Source of the DNA: Eledone cirrhosa
Taxonomy: Eukaryota
Length of the DNA stretch: 64,000 nt
Direction: 5' to 3'
Assembly (NCBI GenBank): GCA_964016885.1
Contig: OZ024743.1
Span: 140,678,001 to 140,742,000 of the forward strand
The position numbers and the translations under genes are program-made. The notes below the pieces were generated by a model. That model saw only the letters and a list, made by a program, of their open reading frames with translations. It did not search any database and was not told where the DNA came from. Shown here piece after piece: positions 14,801 to 30,899 of this stretch. Each line of letters opens with the position of its first letter. Position 1 is the first letter of the stretch.

Positions 14801-17800
14801 GCACCAAGCACCGAGCACCAAACACCAAGAACCAAGCACCAAGCGCTAAACACCAAACACCAAGCACCAAGCACCAAACACCAAACACCAAGCACCAAGT
14901 ACAAAACTCCAAACACCAAACACCAAGCACCAAGCACCAAATCCCAAGCACCAAACACCAAGCACCAATCACCAAACACCAAACACCAAGCACCAAGCGC
15001 CAAAGACCAAACACCAAGCACCAAGCACGAAACACCAAGCACCAAGCACCGAGCACCAAACACCAAGTACCAAGCACCAATCACCAAACACCAAGCACCA
15101 AGCACCAAACACCAAACACCAAACACCAAGCACCAAGCATCAAGCACCAAGCACCAAACACCAACCACCAAGCACCAAACACCAAACACAAAACAACAAG
15201 TACCAAGCACCAAGCACCAAAAACCAAGCACCAACCTCCAAGCACCAAACACCAAGCACCAAACACCAAACACCAAGTACCAAGCACCAAACACCAAGCA
15301 CCAAGCGCCAAACACCAATCACCAAGCACCAAGCACCAAACACCAAGCACCAACCACCAAGCACCAAACACCAAACACCAAACACCAAACACCAAACACC
15401 AAGCACCAAGCACAAGACACCAAGCACCAAGCACCAAGCACCAAAAACCAAGCACCAAGCTCCAAGCACCAAACACCAAGCACCAAACACCAAACACCAA
15501 GCACCAAGCACCAAACACCAAGCACCAAGCGCCAAACACCAAACACCAAGAACCAAGCACCAAACACCAAGCACCAACCACCAAGCACCAAACACCAAGC
15601 ACCAAGCACCAAGCACCAAACACCAAGCACCAAGCACCAAACAGCAAACACCAAGCACCAAACACCAAACACCAAGCACCAAGCAACAAACACCAAACAC
15701 CAAGCACCAAACACCAAGCACCAAGCCCCAAGCACGAAACACCAAGCACCAAGCACGAAACACCAAGCACCAAGCACCAAGCACCATGCACCAAACACCA
15801 AGCACCAAGCACCAAACAGCAAACACCAAACAGCAAACACCAAACAGCAAACACCAAACAGCAAACACCAAACAGCAAACACCAAACAGCAAACGCCAAA
15901 AAGCAAACGCCAAACTCCAAACGCCAAACAGCAAATGCCAAACCCAAACGCCAAACAGCAAACGCCAAGCACAAAACACCAAACACCAAGCGCCAAGCAC
16001 CAAACACCAAACACCAAGCACCAAGCACCAAACACCAAACACCAAGCACCAAGTACCAAACACCAAACACCAAGCACCAAACACCAAACAGCAAACGCAA
16101 AAAAGCAAACGCCAAACCCCATACGCCAAACAGCAAATGCCAAACCCCAAATGCCAAACGGCAAACGCCAAGCACCAAACACCAAACACCAAGCGCCAAG
16201 CACCAAACACAAACACCAAGCACCAAGCACCAAACACCAAACACCAAGCACCAATCACCAAACACCAAACACCAAGCGCCAAACACCAAACACCAAACAC
16301 CTATCACCAAGCACCAAGCACCAAACACCAAGCACCAAACACCAAGCACCAAGCACCAAGCACCAAGCACCAAACACCAATCACCAAGCCCCAAGCACCA
16401 AACACCAAGCACCCAGCACCAAACACCAAACACCAAGCACCAAGCACCCAGAACAAAGCACCAAGCACCAAACACCAAACACCAAGCTCCAAGCACCAAA
16501 CACCAAACACCAAGCACCAAGCACCAAGCACCAAACACCAAACACCAAGCACCAATCACCAAGCACCAAACACCAAGCACCAAACACCAAACACCAAACA
16601 CCAAGCACCAAGCACCAAACACCAAACACCAAGCACCAAGCACCAAGCACCAAGCACCAAACACCATACACCAAACAGCAAACGCCAAAAAGCAAACGCC
16701 AAACCCCATACGCCAAACAGCAAATGCCAAACCCCAAACGCCAAACAGCAAACGCCAAGCACCAAACACCAAACACCAAGCGCCAAGCACCAAACACCAA
16801 ACACCAAGCACCAAGCACCAAACACCAAACACCAAGCACCAATCACCAAACACCAAGCACCAAGCGCCAAGCACCAGACACCAAGCACCAAGCACCAAAC
16901 ACCAAACACCAAGCACCAAGCACTAAACACCAAACACCAAGCACCAAGCACCAAGCACCAAGCACCAAGCACCAAACACCAAGCACCAAGCACCAAGCAC
17001 CAAGCACCAAGCACCAAACACCAAGCACCAAGCACCAAACAGCAAACACCAAGCACCAAACACCAAACACCAAGCACCAAGCACCAAACACCAAACACCA
17101 AACACCAAGCACCAAGCCCCAAGCACCAAACACCAAGCACCAAGCACCAAACACCAAGCACGAAGCACCAAGCACCATGCACCAAACACCAAGCACCAAG
17201 CACCAAACAGCAAACACCAAACAGCAAACACCAAACACCAAACACCAACCAGCAAACACCAAACACCAAACACCAAACAGCAAACACCAAACAGCAAACA
17301 CCAAACAGCAAACACCAAACACCAAACACCAAACAGCAAACGCCAAAAAGCAAACGCCAAACCCCATACGCCAAACAGCAAATGCCAAACCCCAAACGCC
17401 AAACAGCAAACGCCAAGCACCGAACACCAAACACCAAGCGCCAAGCACCAAACACCAAACACCAAGCACCAAGCACCAAACACCAAACACCAAGCACCAA
17501 TCACCAAACACCAAGCACCAAGCGCCAAGCACCAAACACCAAACACCTAGCACCAAGCACCAAGCACCAAACACCAAGCCCCAAGCACGAAACACCAAGC
17601 ACCAAGCACGAAACACCAAGCACCAAGCACCAAGCACCATGCACCAAACACCAAGCACCAAGCACCAAACAGCAAACACCAAACAGCAGACACCAAACAG
17701 CAAACACCAAACAGCAAACACCAAACAGCAAACACCAAACAGCAAACGCCAAAAAGCAAACGCCAAATTCCAAACGCCAAACAGCAAATGCCAAACCCAA

Positions 17801-20800
17801 ACGCCAAACAGCAAACGCCAAGCACAAAACACCAAACACCAAGCGCCAAGCACCAAACACCAAACACCAAGCACCAAGCACCAAACACCAAACACCAAGC
17901 ACCAAGTACCAAACACCAAACACCAAGCACCAAACACCAAACAGCAAACGCAAAAAAGCAAACGCCAAACCCCATACGCCAAACAGCAAATGCCAAACCC
18001 CAAATGCCAAACGGCAAACGCCAAGCACCAAACACCAAACACCAAGCGCCAAGCACCAAACACCAAACACCAAGCACCAAGCACCAAACACCAAACACCA
18101 AGCACCAATCACCAAACACCAAACACCAAGCGCCAAACACCAAACACCAAACACCTATCACCAAGCACCAAGCACCAAACACCAAGCACCAAACACCAAG
18201 CACCAAGCACCAAGCACCAAGCACCAAACACCAATCACCAAGCCCCAAGCACCAAACACCAAGCACCCAGCACCAAACACCAAACACCAAGCACCAAGCA
18301 CCCAGAACAAAGCACCAAGCACCAAACACCAAACACCAAGCTCCAAGCACCAAACACCAAACACCAAGCACCAAGCACCAAGCACCAAACACCAAACACC
18401 AAGCACCAATCACCAAACACCAAGCACCAAGCGCCAAACACCAAACACCAAACACCTAGCACCAAGCACCAAGCACCGAACACCAAGCACCAAGCACCAA
18501 GCACCAAGCACCAAGCACCAAACACCAAGCACCAAGCACCAAGCACCAAACACCAAACACCAAGCACCAAGCACCAAACACCAAACACCAAGCACCAAGC
18601 ACCAAGCACCAAGCACCAAACACCATACACCAAACAGCAAACGCCAAAAAGCAAACGCCAAACCCCATACGCCAAACAGCAAATGCCAAACCCCAAACGC
18701 CAAACAGCAAACGCCAAGCACCAAACACCAAACACCAAGCGCCAAGCACCAAACACCAAACACCAAGCACCAAGCACCAAACACCAAACACCAAGCACCA
18801 ATCACCAAACACCAAGCACCAAGCGCCAAGCACCAGACACCAAGCACCAAGCACCAAACACCAAACACCAAGCACCAAGCACTAAACACCAAACACCAAG
18901 CACCAAGCACCAGGCACCAAGCACCAAGCACCAAACACCAAGCACCAAGCACCAAGCACCAAGCACCAAGCACCAAACACCAAGCACCAAGCACCAAACA
19001 GCAAACACCAAGCACCAAACACCAAACACCAAGCACCAAGCACCAAACACCAAACACCAAACACCAAGCACCAAGCCCCAAGCACCAAACAGCAAGCACC
19101 AAGCACCAAACACCAAGCACGAAGCACCAAGCACCATGCACCAAACACCAAGCACCAAGCACCAAACAGCAAACACCAAACAGCAAACACCAAACACCAA
19201 ACACCAACCAGCAAACACCAAACACCAAACACCAAACAGCAAACACCAAACACCAAACACCAAACAGCAAACACCAAACACCAAACACCAAACAGCAAAT
19301 GCCAAAAAGCAAACGCCAAACCCCAAACGCCAAACAGCAAATGCCAAACCCCAAACGCCAAACAGCAAACGCCAAGCGCCAAACGCCAAACACCAAGTGC
19401 CAAGCACCAAACACCAAACACCAAGCACCAAGCACCAAGCACCAAACACCAAACAGCAAACGCCAAAAAGCAAACGCCAAACCCCATACGCCAAACAGCA
19501 AATGCCAAACCCCAAACGCCAAACAGCAAACGCCAAGCACCAAACACCAAACACCAAGCGCCAAGCACCAAACACCAAACACCAAGCACCAAGCACCAAA
19601 CACCAAACACCAAGCACCAATCACCAAACACCAAGCACCAAGCGCCAAGCACCAAACACCAAACACCTAGCACCAAGCACCAAGCACCAAACACCAAGTA
19701 CCAAACACCAATCACCAAGCCCCAAGCACCAAACACCAAGCGCCAAGCACCAAACACCAAACACCAAGCACCAAGCACCCAGAACCAAGCACCAAGCACC
19801 AAACACCAAGCACCAAGCACCGAGCACCAAACACCAAGAACCAAGCACCAAGCCCTAAACACCAAACACCAAGCACCAAGCACCAAACACCAAACACCAA
19901 ACACCAAACACCAAACAGCAAATGCCAAAAAGCAAACGCCAAACCCCAAACGCCAAACAGTAAATGCCAAACCCCAAACGCCAAACAGCAAACGCCAAGC
20001 GCCAAACGCCAAACACCAAGCGCCAAGCACCAAACACCAAACACCAAGCACCAAGCACCAAACACCAAACACCAAGCACCAAGTACCAAACACCAAACAC
20101 CAAGCACCAAACACCAAACAGCAAACGCCAAAAAGCAAACGCCAAACCCCATACGCCAAACAGCAAATGCCAAACCCCAAACGCCAAACAGCAAACGCCA
20201 AGCACCGAACACCAAACACCAAGAACCAAGCACCAAGCACTAAACACCAAACACCAAGCACCAAGCACCAAACACCAAACACCAAGCACCAAGCACCGAG
20301 CACCAAACACCAAGAACCAAGCACCAAGCACTAAACACCAAACACCAAGCACCAAGCACCAAACACCAAACACCAAGCACCAAACACCAAACAGCAAACG
20401 CCAAAAAGCAAACGCCAAACCCCATACGCCAAACAGCAAATGCCAAACTCCAAACGCCAAACAGCAAACGCCAGGCACCAAACACCAAACACCAAGCGCC
20501 AAGCACCAAACACCAAACACCAAGCACCAAGCACCAAACACCAAACACCAAGCACCAATCACCAAACACCAAGCACCAAGCGCCAAGCACCAAACACCAA
20601 ACACCTAGCACCAAGCACCAAGCACCAAACACCAAGCACCAAACACCAATCACCAAGCCCCAAGCACCAAACACCAAGCACCAAGCACCAAACACCAAAC
20701 ACCAAGCACCAAGCACCAAGGACCAAGCACCAAACACCAAGCACCAAGCACCGAGCACCAAACACCAAGAACCAAGCACCAAGCACTAAACACCAAACAC

Positions 20801-22400
20801 CAAGCACCAAGCACCAAACACCAAACACCAAGCACCAAGTACAAAACTCCAAACACCAAACACCAAGCACCAAGCACCAAATCCCAAGCACCAAACACCA
20901 AGCACCAATCACCAAACACCAAACACCAAGCACCAAGCACCAAACTCCAAAAACCAAGCACCAAACACCAAGCACCAAACACCAAGCACCAAGCGCCAAA
21001 GACCAAACACCAAGCACCAAGCACGAAACACCAAGCACCAAGCACCGAGCACCAAACACCAAGTACCAAGCACCAATCACCAAACACCAAGCACCAAGCA
21101 CCAAACACCAAACACCAAGCACCAAGCACCAAGCATCAAGCACCAAGCACCAAACACCAACCACCAAACACCAAACACCAAACACCAAACACCAAGCACC
21201 AAGCACAAGACACCAAGCACCAAGCACCAAGCACCAAGCACCAAAAACCAAGCACCAAGCTCCAAGCACCAAACCCCAAGCACCAAACACCAAACACCAA
21301 GCACCAAGCACCAAACACCAAGCACCAAGCGCCAAACACCAAACACCAAGCACCAAGCACCAAACACCAAGCACCAACCACCAAGCACCAAACACCAAGC
21401 ACCAAGCACCAAGCACCAAGCACCAAGCACCAAACACCAAGCACCAAGCACCAAACAGCAAACACCAAGCACCAAACACCAAACACCACGCACCAAGCAA
21501 CAAACACCAAACACCAAGCACCAAACACCAAGCACCAAGCCCCAAGCACGAAACACCAAGCACCAAGCACGAAACACCAAGCACCAAGCACCAAGCACCA
21601 TGCACCAAACACCAAGCACCAAGCACCAAACAGCAAACACCAAACAGCAAACACCAAACAGCAAACACCAAACAGCAAACACCAAACAGCAAACGCCAAA
21701 AAGCAAACGCCAAACTCCAAACGCCAAACAGCAAATGCCAAACCCAAACGCCAAACAGCAAACGCCAAGCACAAAACACCAAACACCAAGCGCCAAGCAC
21801 CAAACACCAAACACCAAGCACCAAGCACCAAACACCAAACACCAAGCACCAAGTACCAAACACCAAACACCAAGCACCAAACACCAAACAGCAAACGCAA
21901 AAAAGCAAACGCCAAACCCCATACGCCAAACAGCAAATGCCAAACCCCAAATGCCAAACGGCAAACGCCAAGCACCAAACACCAAACACCAAGCGCCAAG
22001 CACCAAACACCAAACACCAAGCACCAAGCACCAAACACCAAACACCAAGCACCAATCACCAATCACCAAACACCAAGCGCCAAACACCAAACACCAAACA
22101 CCTATCACCAAGCACCAAGCACCAAACACCAAGCACCAAACACCAAGCACCAAGCACCAAGCACCAAGCACCAAACACCAATCACCAAGCCCCAAGCACC
22201 AAACACCAAGCACCCAGCACCAAACACCAAACACCAAGCACCAAGCACCCAGAACAAAGCACCAAGCACCAAACACCAAACACCAAGCTCCAAGCACCAA
22301 ACACCAAACACCAAGCACCAAGCACCAAGCACCAAACACCAAACACCAAGCACCAATCACCAAACACCAAGCACCAAGCGCCAAACACCAAACACCAAAC
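11900..22400. repeat. Degenerate ~5.7-5.8 kb higher-order repeat (~2 copies)
   Basis: Matching ORFs occur at offsets 5659 (12499/18158), 5786 (13835/19621, 13926/19712, 14545/20331), 5814 (15786/21600) and 5801 (16304/22105). Confidence 0.75.
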
Positions 22401-25400
22401 ACCTAGCACCAAGCACCAAGCACCGAACACCAAGCACCAAGCACCAAGCACCAAGCACCAAGCACCAAACACCAATCACCAAGCCCCAAGCACCAAACAC
22501 CAAGCACCAAGCACCAAACACCAAACACCAAGCACCAAGCACCAAACACCAAACACCAAGCACCAAGCACCAAGCACCAAGCACCAAACACCATACACCA
22601 AACAGCAAACGCCAAAAAGCAAACGCCAAACCCCATACGCCAAACAGCAAATGCCAAACCCCAAACGCCAAACAGCAAACGCCAAGCACCAAACACCAAA
22701 CACCAAGCGCCAAGCACCAAACACCAAACACCAAGCACCAAACACCAAACACCAAACACCAAGCACCAATCACCAAACACCAAGCACCAAGCGCCAAACA
22801 CCAAACACCAAACACCTAGCACCAAGCACCAAGCACCAAACACCAAGCACCAAACACCAATCACCAAGCCCCAAGCACCAAACACCAAGCACCAAGCACC
22901 AAACACCAAACACCAAGCACCAAGCACCCAGAACCAAGCACCAAGCACCAAACACCAAGCACCAAGTACCGAGCACCAAACACCAAGAACCAAGCACCAA
23001 GCACTAAACACCAAACACCAAGCACCAAGCACCAAACACCAAACACCAAGCACCAAGTACCAAACTCCAAACACCAAACACCAAGCACCAAGCACCAAAT
23101 CCCAAGCACCAAACACCAAGCACCAATCACCAAACACCAAACACCAAGCACCAAGCACCAAACTCCAAAAACCAAGCACCAAGCACCAAGCACCAAACAC
23201 CAAACGCCAAACACCAAACACCAAGTACCAAGCACCAAACACCAAGCACCAAGCGCCAAAGACCAAACACCAAGCACCAAGCACGAAACACCAAGCACCA
23301 AGCACCGAGCACCAAACACCAAGTACCAAGCACCAATCACCAAACACCAAGCACCAAGCACCAAACACCAAACACCAAGCACCAAGCACCAAACACCAAA
23401 CACCAAGCACCAAGCCCCAAGCACCAAACAGCAAGCACCAAGCACCAAACACCAAACACCAAGCACCAAGCACTAAACACCAAACACCAAGCACCAAGCA
23501 CTAAGCACCAAGCACCAAGCACCAAACACCAAGCACCAAGCACCAAGCACCAAGCACCAAGCACCAAACACCAAGCACCAAGCACCAAACAGCAAACACC
23601 AAGCACCAAACACCAAACACCAAGCACCAAGCACCAAACACCAAACACCAAACACCAAGCACCAAGCCCCAAGCACCAAACACCAAGCACCAAGCACCAA
23701 ACACCAAGCACGAAGCACCAAGCACCATGCACCAAACACCAAGCACCAAGCACCAAACAGCAAACACCAAACAGCAAACACCAAACACCAAACACCAACC
23801 AGCAAACACCAAACACCAAGCACCAAACACCATACACCAAACAGCAAATGCCAAAAAGCAAACGCCAAACCCCAAACGCCAAACAGTAAATGCCAAACCC
23901 CAAACGCCAAACAGCAAACGCCAAGCGCCAAACGCCAAACACCAAGCGCCAAGCACCAAACACCAAACACCAAGCACCAAGCACCAAACGCCCAAACACC
24001 AAGCACCAAGTACCAAACACCAAACACCAAGCACCAAACACCAAACAGCAAACACCAAAAAGCAAATGCCAAACCCCATACGCCAAACAGCAAATGCCAA
24101 ACCCCAAACGCCAAACAGCCAACGCCAAGCACCGAACACCAAACACCAAGCGCCAAGCACCAAACACCAAACACCAAGCACCAAGCACCAAACACCAAAC
24201 ACCAAGCACCAATCACCAAACACCAAGCACCAAGCGCCAAGCACCAAACACCAAACACCTAGCACCAAGCACCAAGCACCAAACACCAAGTACCAAACAC
24301 CAATCACCAAGCCCCAAGCACCAAACACCAAGCACCAAGCACCAAACACCAAACACCAAGCACCAAGCACCCAGAACCAAGCACCAAGCACCAAACACCA
24401 AGCACCAAGCACCGAGCACCAAACACCAAGAACCAAGCACCAAGCACTAAACACCAAACACCAAGCACCAAGCACCAAACACCAAACACCAAGCACCAAA
24501 CACCAAACAGCAAACGCCAAAAAGCAAACGCCAAACCCCATACGCCAAACAGCAAATGCCAAACCCCAAACGCCAAACAGCAAACGCCAGGCACCAAACA
24601 CCAAACACCAAGCGCCAAGCACCAAACACCAAACACCAAGCACCAAGCACCAAACACCAAACACCAAGCACCAATCACCAAACACCAAGCACCAAGCGCC
24701 AAGCACCAAACACCAAACACCTAGCACCAAGCACCAAGCACCAAACACCAAGCACCAAACACCAATCACCAAGCCCCAAGCACCAAACACCAAGCACCAA
24801 GCACCAAACACCAAACACCAAGCACCAAGCACCAAGGACCAAGCACCAAACACCAAGCACCAAGCACCGAGCACCAAACACCAAGAACCACGCACCAAGC
24901 ACTAAACACCAAACACCAAGCACCAAGCACCAAACACCAAACACCAAGCACCAAGTACCAAACTCCAAACACCAAACACCAAGCACCAAGCACCAAATCC
25001 CAAGCACCAAACACCAAGCACCAGTCACCAAACACCAAGCACCAAGCACCAAGCACCAAACTCCAAAAACCAAGCACCAAGCACCAAGCACCAAACACCA
25101 AACGCCAAACACCAAACACCAAGTACCAAGCACCAAACACCAAGCACCAAGCGCCAAAGACCAAACACCAAGCACCAAGCACGAAACACCAAGCACCAAG
25201 CACCGAGCACCAAACACCAAGTACCAAGCACCAAACACCAAACACCAAGCACCAAGCACCAAACACCAAACACCAAGCACCAAGTACCAAACACCAAACA
25301 CCAAACACCAAACACCAAACAGCAAACGCCAAAAAGCAAACGCCAAACTCCAAGCGCCAAACAACAAACGCCAAGGACCAAACACCAAACACCAAGCGCC

Positions 25401-25403
25401 AAG

Positions 25404-28400
25404 CACCAAACACCAAACACCAAGCACCAAGCACCAAACACCAAACACCAAGGACCAATCACCAAACACCAAGCACCAAACACCAAGCACCAAACACCAA
25501 GCACCAAGCACCAAGCGCCAAACACCAAACACCAAACACCTAGCACCAAGCACCAAGCACCGAACACCAAGCACCAAACACCAAGCACCAAGCACCAAGC
25601 ACCAAGCACCAAGCACCAAACACCAATCACCAAGCCCCAAGCACCAAACACCAAGCACCAAGCACCAAACACCAAACACCAAGCACCAAGCACCCAGAAC
25701 CAAGCACCAAGCACCAAACACCAAACACCAAGCACCAAGCACCAAACCCCAAACACCAAGCACCAAGCACCAAGCACCAAGCACCAAACACCATACACCA
25801 AGCACCAAGCACCAAACACCAAAAACCAATCACCAAGCACCAAAGAGCAAACACCAAGCCCCAAGCAACAAACACCAAACACCAAACACCAAAAAGCAAA
25901 CACTAAACACCAAACACCAAATAGCAAACACCAAACACCAAATAGCAAACACCAAACACCAACCAGGAAACACCAAACAGCAAACACCAAACAGCAAACG
26001 CCAAACAGCAAACACAAACACCAAACACCAAACACCAAGCACCAAGCACCAAGCACAAAACCCCAAGCACCAAGCGCCAAGCACCAAACACCAAACACCA
26101 AACACCAAACAGCAAACACCAATCACCAAAAACCAGACACCAAACACCAAGCAACAAGCACCAATCACCAAGCACCAAGCACTAAACACCAAACACCTAG
26201 CACCAAGCACCAAGCACCAAACACCAAGCACAAAGCACCAAGCACCAAACACCAAGCACCAAAGACCAAGCCCCAAATACCAAGCACCAAGCACCAAACA
26301 CTAATCACCAGGGACCAAGCACCAAACACCAAGAACCAAGCACCAAGCACTAAACACCAAACACCAAGCACCAAGCACCAAACATCAAACACCAAGCACC
26401 AAGTACCAAACTCCAAACACCAAACACCAAGCACCAAGCACCAAATCCCAAGCACCAAACACCAAGCACCAATCACCAAACACCAAACACCAAGCACCAA
26501 GCACCAAACACCAAAAACCAAGCACCAAGCACCAAGCACCAAACAGCAAACGCCAAACACCGAACACCAAGTACCAAGCACCAAACACCAAGCACCAAGC
26601 GCCAAAGACCAAACACCAAGCACCAAGCACGAAACACCAAGCACCAAGTACGAGCACCAAACACCAAGTACCAAGCACCAATCACCAAACACCAAGCACC
26701 AAACACCAAACACCAAACAGCAAGCACCAAGCACCAAACACCAAACACCAAGCACCAAGCACCACACACCAACTACCAAGCACCAAGCACTAAACACCAA
26801 ACACCAAGCACCAAGCACCAAGCATCAAGCACCAAGCACCAAACACCAAGCACCAAGCACCAAGCACCAAACATAAAACAACAAGTACCAAGCACCAAAC
26901 ACCAAACACCAAACACCAAACACCAAGCACAAAGCACCAAACACCAAACACCAAGCACCAAGCACCAGACACCAAGCACCAAGCACCAAGCACCAAGCAC
27001 CAAAAACCAAGCACCAAGCACCAAGGACCAAACACCAAGCACCAAACACCAAACACCAAGCACCAAGCACCAAACACCAAACACCAAGCACCAAACACCA
27101 AACACCAAGCACCAATCACCAAACACCAAGCACCAAGCGCCAAACACCAAACACCAAACACCTAGCACCAAGCACCAAGCACCGAACACCAAGCACCAAA
27201 CACCAAGCACCAAGCACCAAGCACCAAGCACCAAGCACCAAACACCAATCACCAAGCCCGAAGCACCAAACACGAAGCACCAAGCACCAAGCACCAAACA
27301 CCAAGCACCAAGCACCAAACACCAAACACCAAGCACCAAGCACCAAGCACCAAACACCATACACCAAGCACCAAGCACCAAACACCAAAAACCAATCACC
27401 AAGCACCAAAGAGCAAACACCAAGCCCCAAGCACCAAACACCAAACACCAAACACCAAACAGCAAACACTAAACACCAAACACCAAACAGCAAACACGAA
27501 ACACCAAATAGCAAACACCAAACACCAACCAGGAAACACCAAACAGCAAACACCAAACAGCAAACGCCAAACAGCAAACATAAACAGCAAACACCAAACA
27601 CCAAGTACCAAGCACCAAGCACAAAACACCAAGCAACAAGCGCCAAGCACCAAACACCAAACACCAAACACCAAACAGCAAACACCAATCACCAAACACC
27701 AGACACCAAACACCAAACAGCAAACACCAAACACCAAACAGCAAACACCAAACACCAAACACCAAACAGCAAACACGAAACAGCAAACACGAAACAGCAA
27801 ACACCAAACAGCAAACACCAAACAGCAAGCACCAAACACCAAACACCAAACACCAAGCACCAAGCACCAAACACCAAACACCAAGGACCAATCACCAAAC
27901 ACCAAGCACCAAACACCAAGCACCAAACACCAAGCACCAAGCACCAAGCGCCAAACACCAAACACCAAACACCTAGCACCAAGCACCAAGCACCGAACAC
28001 CAAGCACCAAACACCAAGCACCAAGCACCAAGCACCAAGCACCAAGCACCAAACACCAATCACCAAGCCCCAAGCACCAAACACCAAGCACCAAGCACCA
28101 AACACCAAACACCAAGCACCAAGCACCCAGAACCAAGCACCAAGCACCAAACACCAAACACCAAGCACCAAGCACCAAACCCCAAACACCAAGCACCAAG
28201 CACCAAGCACCAAGCACCAAACACCATACACCAAGCACCAAGCACCAAACACCAAAAACCAATCACCAAGCACCAAAGAGCAAACACCAAGCCCCAAGCA
28301 ACAAACACCAAACACCAAACACCAAAAAGCAAACACTAAACACCAAACACCAAATAGCAAACACCAAACACCAAATAGCAAACACCAAACACCAACCAGG

Positions 28401-30310
28401 AAACACCAAACAGCAAACACCAAACAGCAAACGCCAAACAGCAAACACAAACACCAAACACCAAACACCAAGCACCAAGCACCAAGCACAAAACCCCAAG
28501 CACCAAGCGCCAAGCACCAAACACCAAACACCAAACACCAAACAGCAAACACCAATCACCAAAAACCAGACACCAAACACCAAGCAACAAGCACCAATCA
28601 CCAAGCACCAAGCACTAAACACCAAACACCTAGCACCAAGCACCAAGCACCAAACACCAAGCACCAAGCACCAAGCACCAAACACCAAGCACCAAAGACC
28701 AAGCCCCAAATACCAAGCACCAAGCACCAAACACTAATCACCAGGGACCAAGCACCAAACACCAAGAACCAAGCACCAAGCACTAAACACCAAACACCAA
28801 GCACCAAGCACCAAACATCAAACACCAAGCACCAAGTACCAAACTCCAAACACCAAACACCAAGCACCAAGCACCAAATCCCAAGCACCAAACACCAAGC
28901 ACCAATCACCAAACACCAAACACCAAGCACCAAGCACCAAACACCAAAAACCAAGCACCAAGCACCAAGCACCAAACAGCAAACGCCAAACACCGAACAC
29001 CAAGTACCAAGCACCAAACACCAAGCACCAAGCGCCAAAGACCAAACACCAAGCACCAAGCACGAAACACCAAGCACCAAGTACGAGCACCAAACACCAA
29101 GTACCAAGCACCAATCACCAAACACCAAGCACCAAACACCAAACACCAAACAGCAAGCACCAAGCACCAAACACCAAACACCAAGCACCAAGCACCACAC
29201 ACCAACTACCAAGCACCAAGCACTAAACACCAAACACCAAGCACCAAGCACCAAGCATCAAGCACCAAGCACCAAACACCAAGCACCAAGCACCAAGCAC
29301 CAAACATAAAACAACAAGTACCAAGCACCAAACACCAAACACCAAACACCAAACACCAAGCACAAAGCACCAAACACCAAACACCAAGCACCAAGCACCA
29401 GACACCAAGCACCAAGCACCAAGCACCAAGCACCAAAAACCAAGCACCAAGCACCAAGGACCAAACACCAAGCACCAAACACCAAACACCAAGCACCAAG
29501 CACCAAACACCAAACACCAAGCACCAAACACCAAACACCAAGCACCAATCACCAAACACCAAGCACCAAGCGCCAAACACCAAACACCAAACACCTAGCA
29601 CCAAGCACCAAGCACCGAACACCAAGCACCAAACACCAAGCACCAAGCACCAAGCACCAAGCACCAAGCACCAAACACCAATCACCAAGCCCGAAGCACC
29701 AAACACGAAGCACCAAGCACCAAGCACCAAACACCAAGCACCAAGCACCAAACACCAAACACCAAGCACCAAGCACCAAGCACCAAACACCATACACCAA
29801 GCACCAAGCACCAAACACCAAAAACCAATCACCAAGCACCAAAGAGCAAACACCAAGCCCCAAGCACCAAACACCAAACACCAAACACCAAACAGCAAAC
29901 ACTAAACACCAAACACCAAACAGCAAACACGAAACACCAAATAGCAAACACCAAACACCAACCAGGAAACACCAAACAGCAAACACCAAACAGCAAACGC
30001 CAAACAGCAAACATAAACAGCAAACACCAAACACCAAGTACCAAGCACCAAGCACAAAACACCAAGCAACAAGCGCCAAGCACCAAACACCAAACACCAA
30101 ACACCAAACAGCAAACACCAATCACCAAACACCAGACACCAAACACCAAACAGCAAACACCAAACACCAAACAGCAAACACCAAACACCAAACACCAAAC
30201 AGCAAACACGAAACAGCAAACACGAAACAGCAAACACCAAACAGCAAACACCAAACAGCAAGCACCAAACACCAAACACCAAACACCAAGCACCAAGCAC
30301 CAAACACCAA
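25404..30310. repeat. 2,433-bp higher-order repeat, 2 near-identical tandem copies
   Basis: Constant offset of 2433 for ORFs 25627/28060, 25830/28263, 26165/28598, 27116/29549 and for the AGGACCAAT marker (25451/27884). 2433 = 348 units minus three 6-bp units (CACAAA, TACGAG, CATAAA). One substitution noticed (CACAAAG ~26229 vs CACCAAG). Confidence 0.95.
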
Positions 30311-30899
30311 GCACCAAGCAACAAGCACCAATCACCAAGCACCAAGCACTAAACACCAAACACCTAGCACCAAGCACCAAGCACCAAACACCAAGCACCA
30401 AGCACCAAGCACCAAACACCAAGCACCAAAGACCAAGCCCCAAATACCAAGCACCAAGCACCAAACACCAGTCACCAGGCACCAAGCACCAAACACCAAC
30501 AACCAAGCACCAAGCACTAAACACCAAACACCAAGCACCAAGCACCGAACACCAAACACCAAGCACCAAGTACCAAACTCCAAACACCAAACACCAAGCA
30601 CGAAGCACCAAATCCCAAGCACCAAACACCAAGCACCAATCAACAAACACCAAACACCAAGCACCAAGCACCAAACACCAAAAACCAAGCACCAAGCACC
30701 AAGCACCAAACACCAAACACCGAACACCAAGTACCAAGCACCAAACACCAAGCACCAAGCACCGAGCACCAAACACCAAGTACCAGGCACCAATCAACAA
30801 ACACCAAGCACCAAGCAGCAAATACCAGACAGCAAGCACCAAGCACCAAAAACCAAACACCAAGCACCAAGCACCAAACACCAAGCACCAAGCGCCAAA

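Larger units (their letters stand above)
900..25400. repeat. Domain A: patchwork of shuffled 0.2-1.5 kb modules rich in the CG-containing cassette
   Basis: About 30 CCCCATA-containing cassettes lie between 1680 and 24536. Matching ORF translations recur at variable offsets (e.g. 2718 vs 10627 = 7909; 4043 vs 11980 = 7937; 1819 vs 13835 = 12016). Confidence 0.85.
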
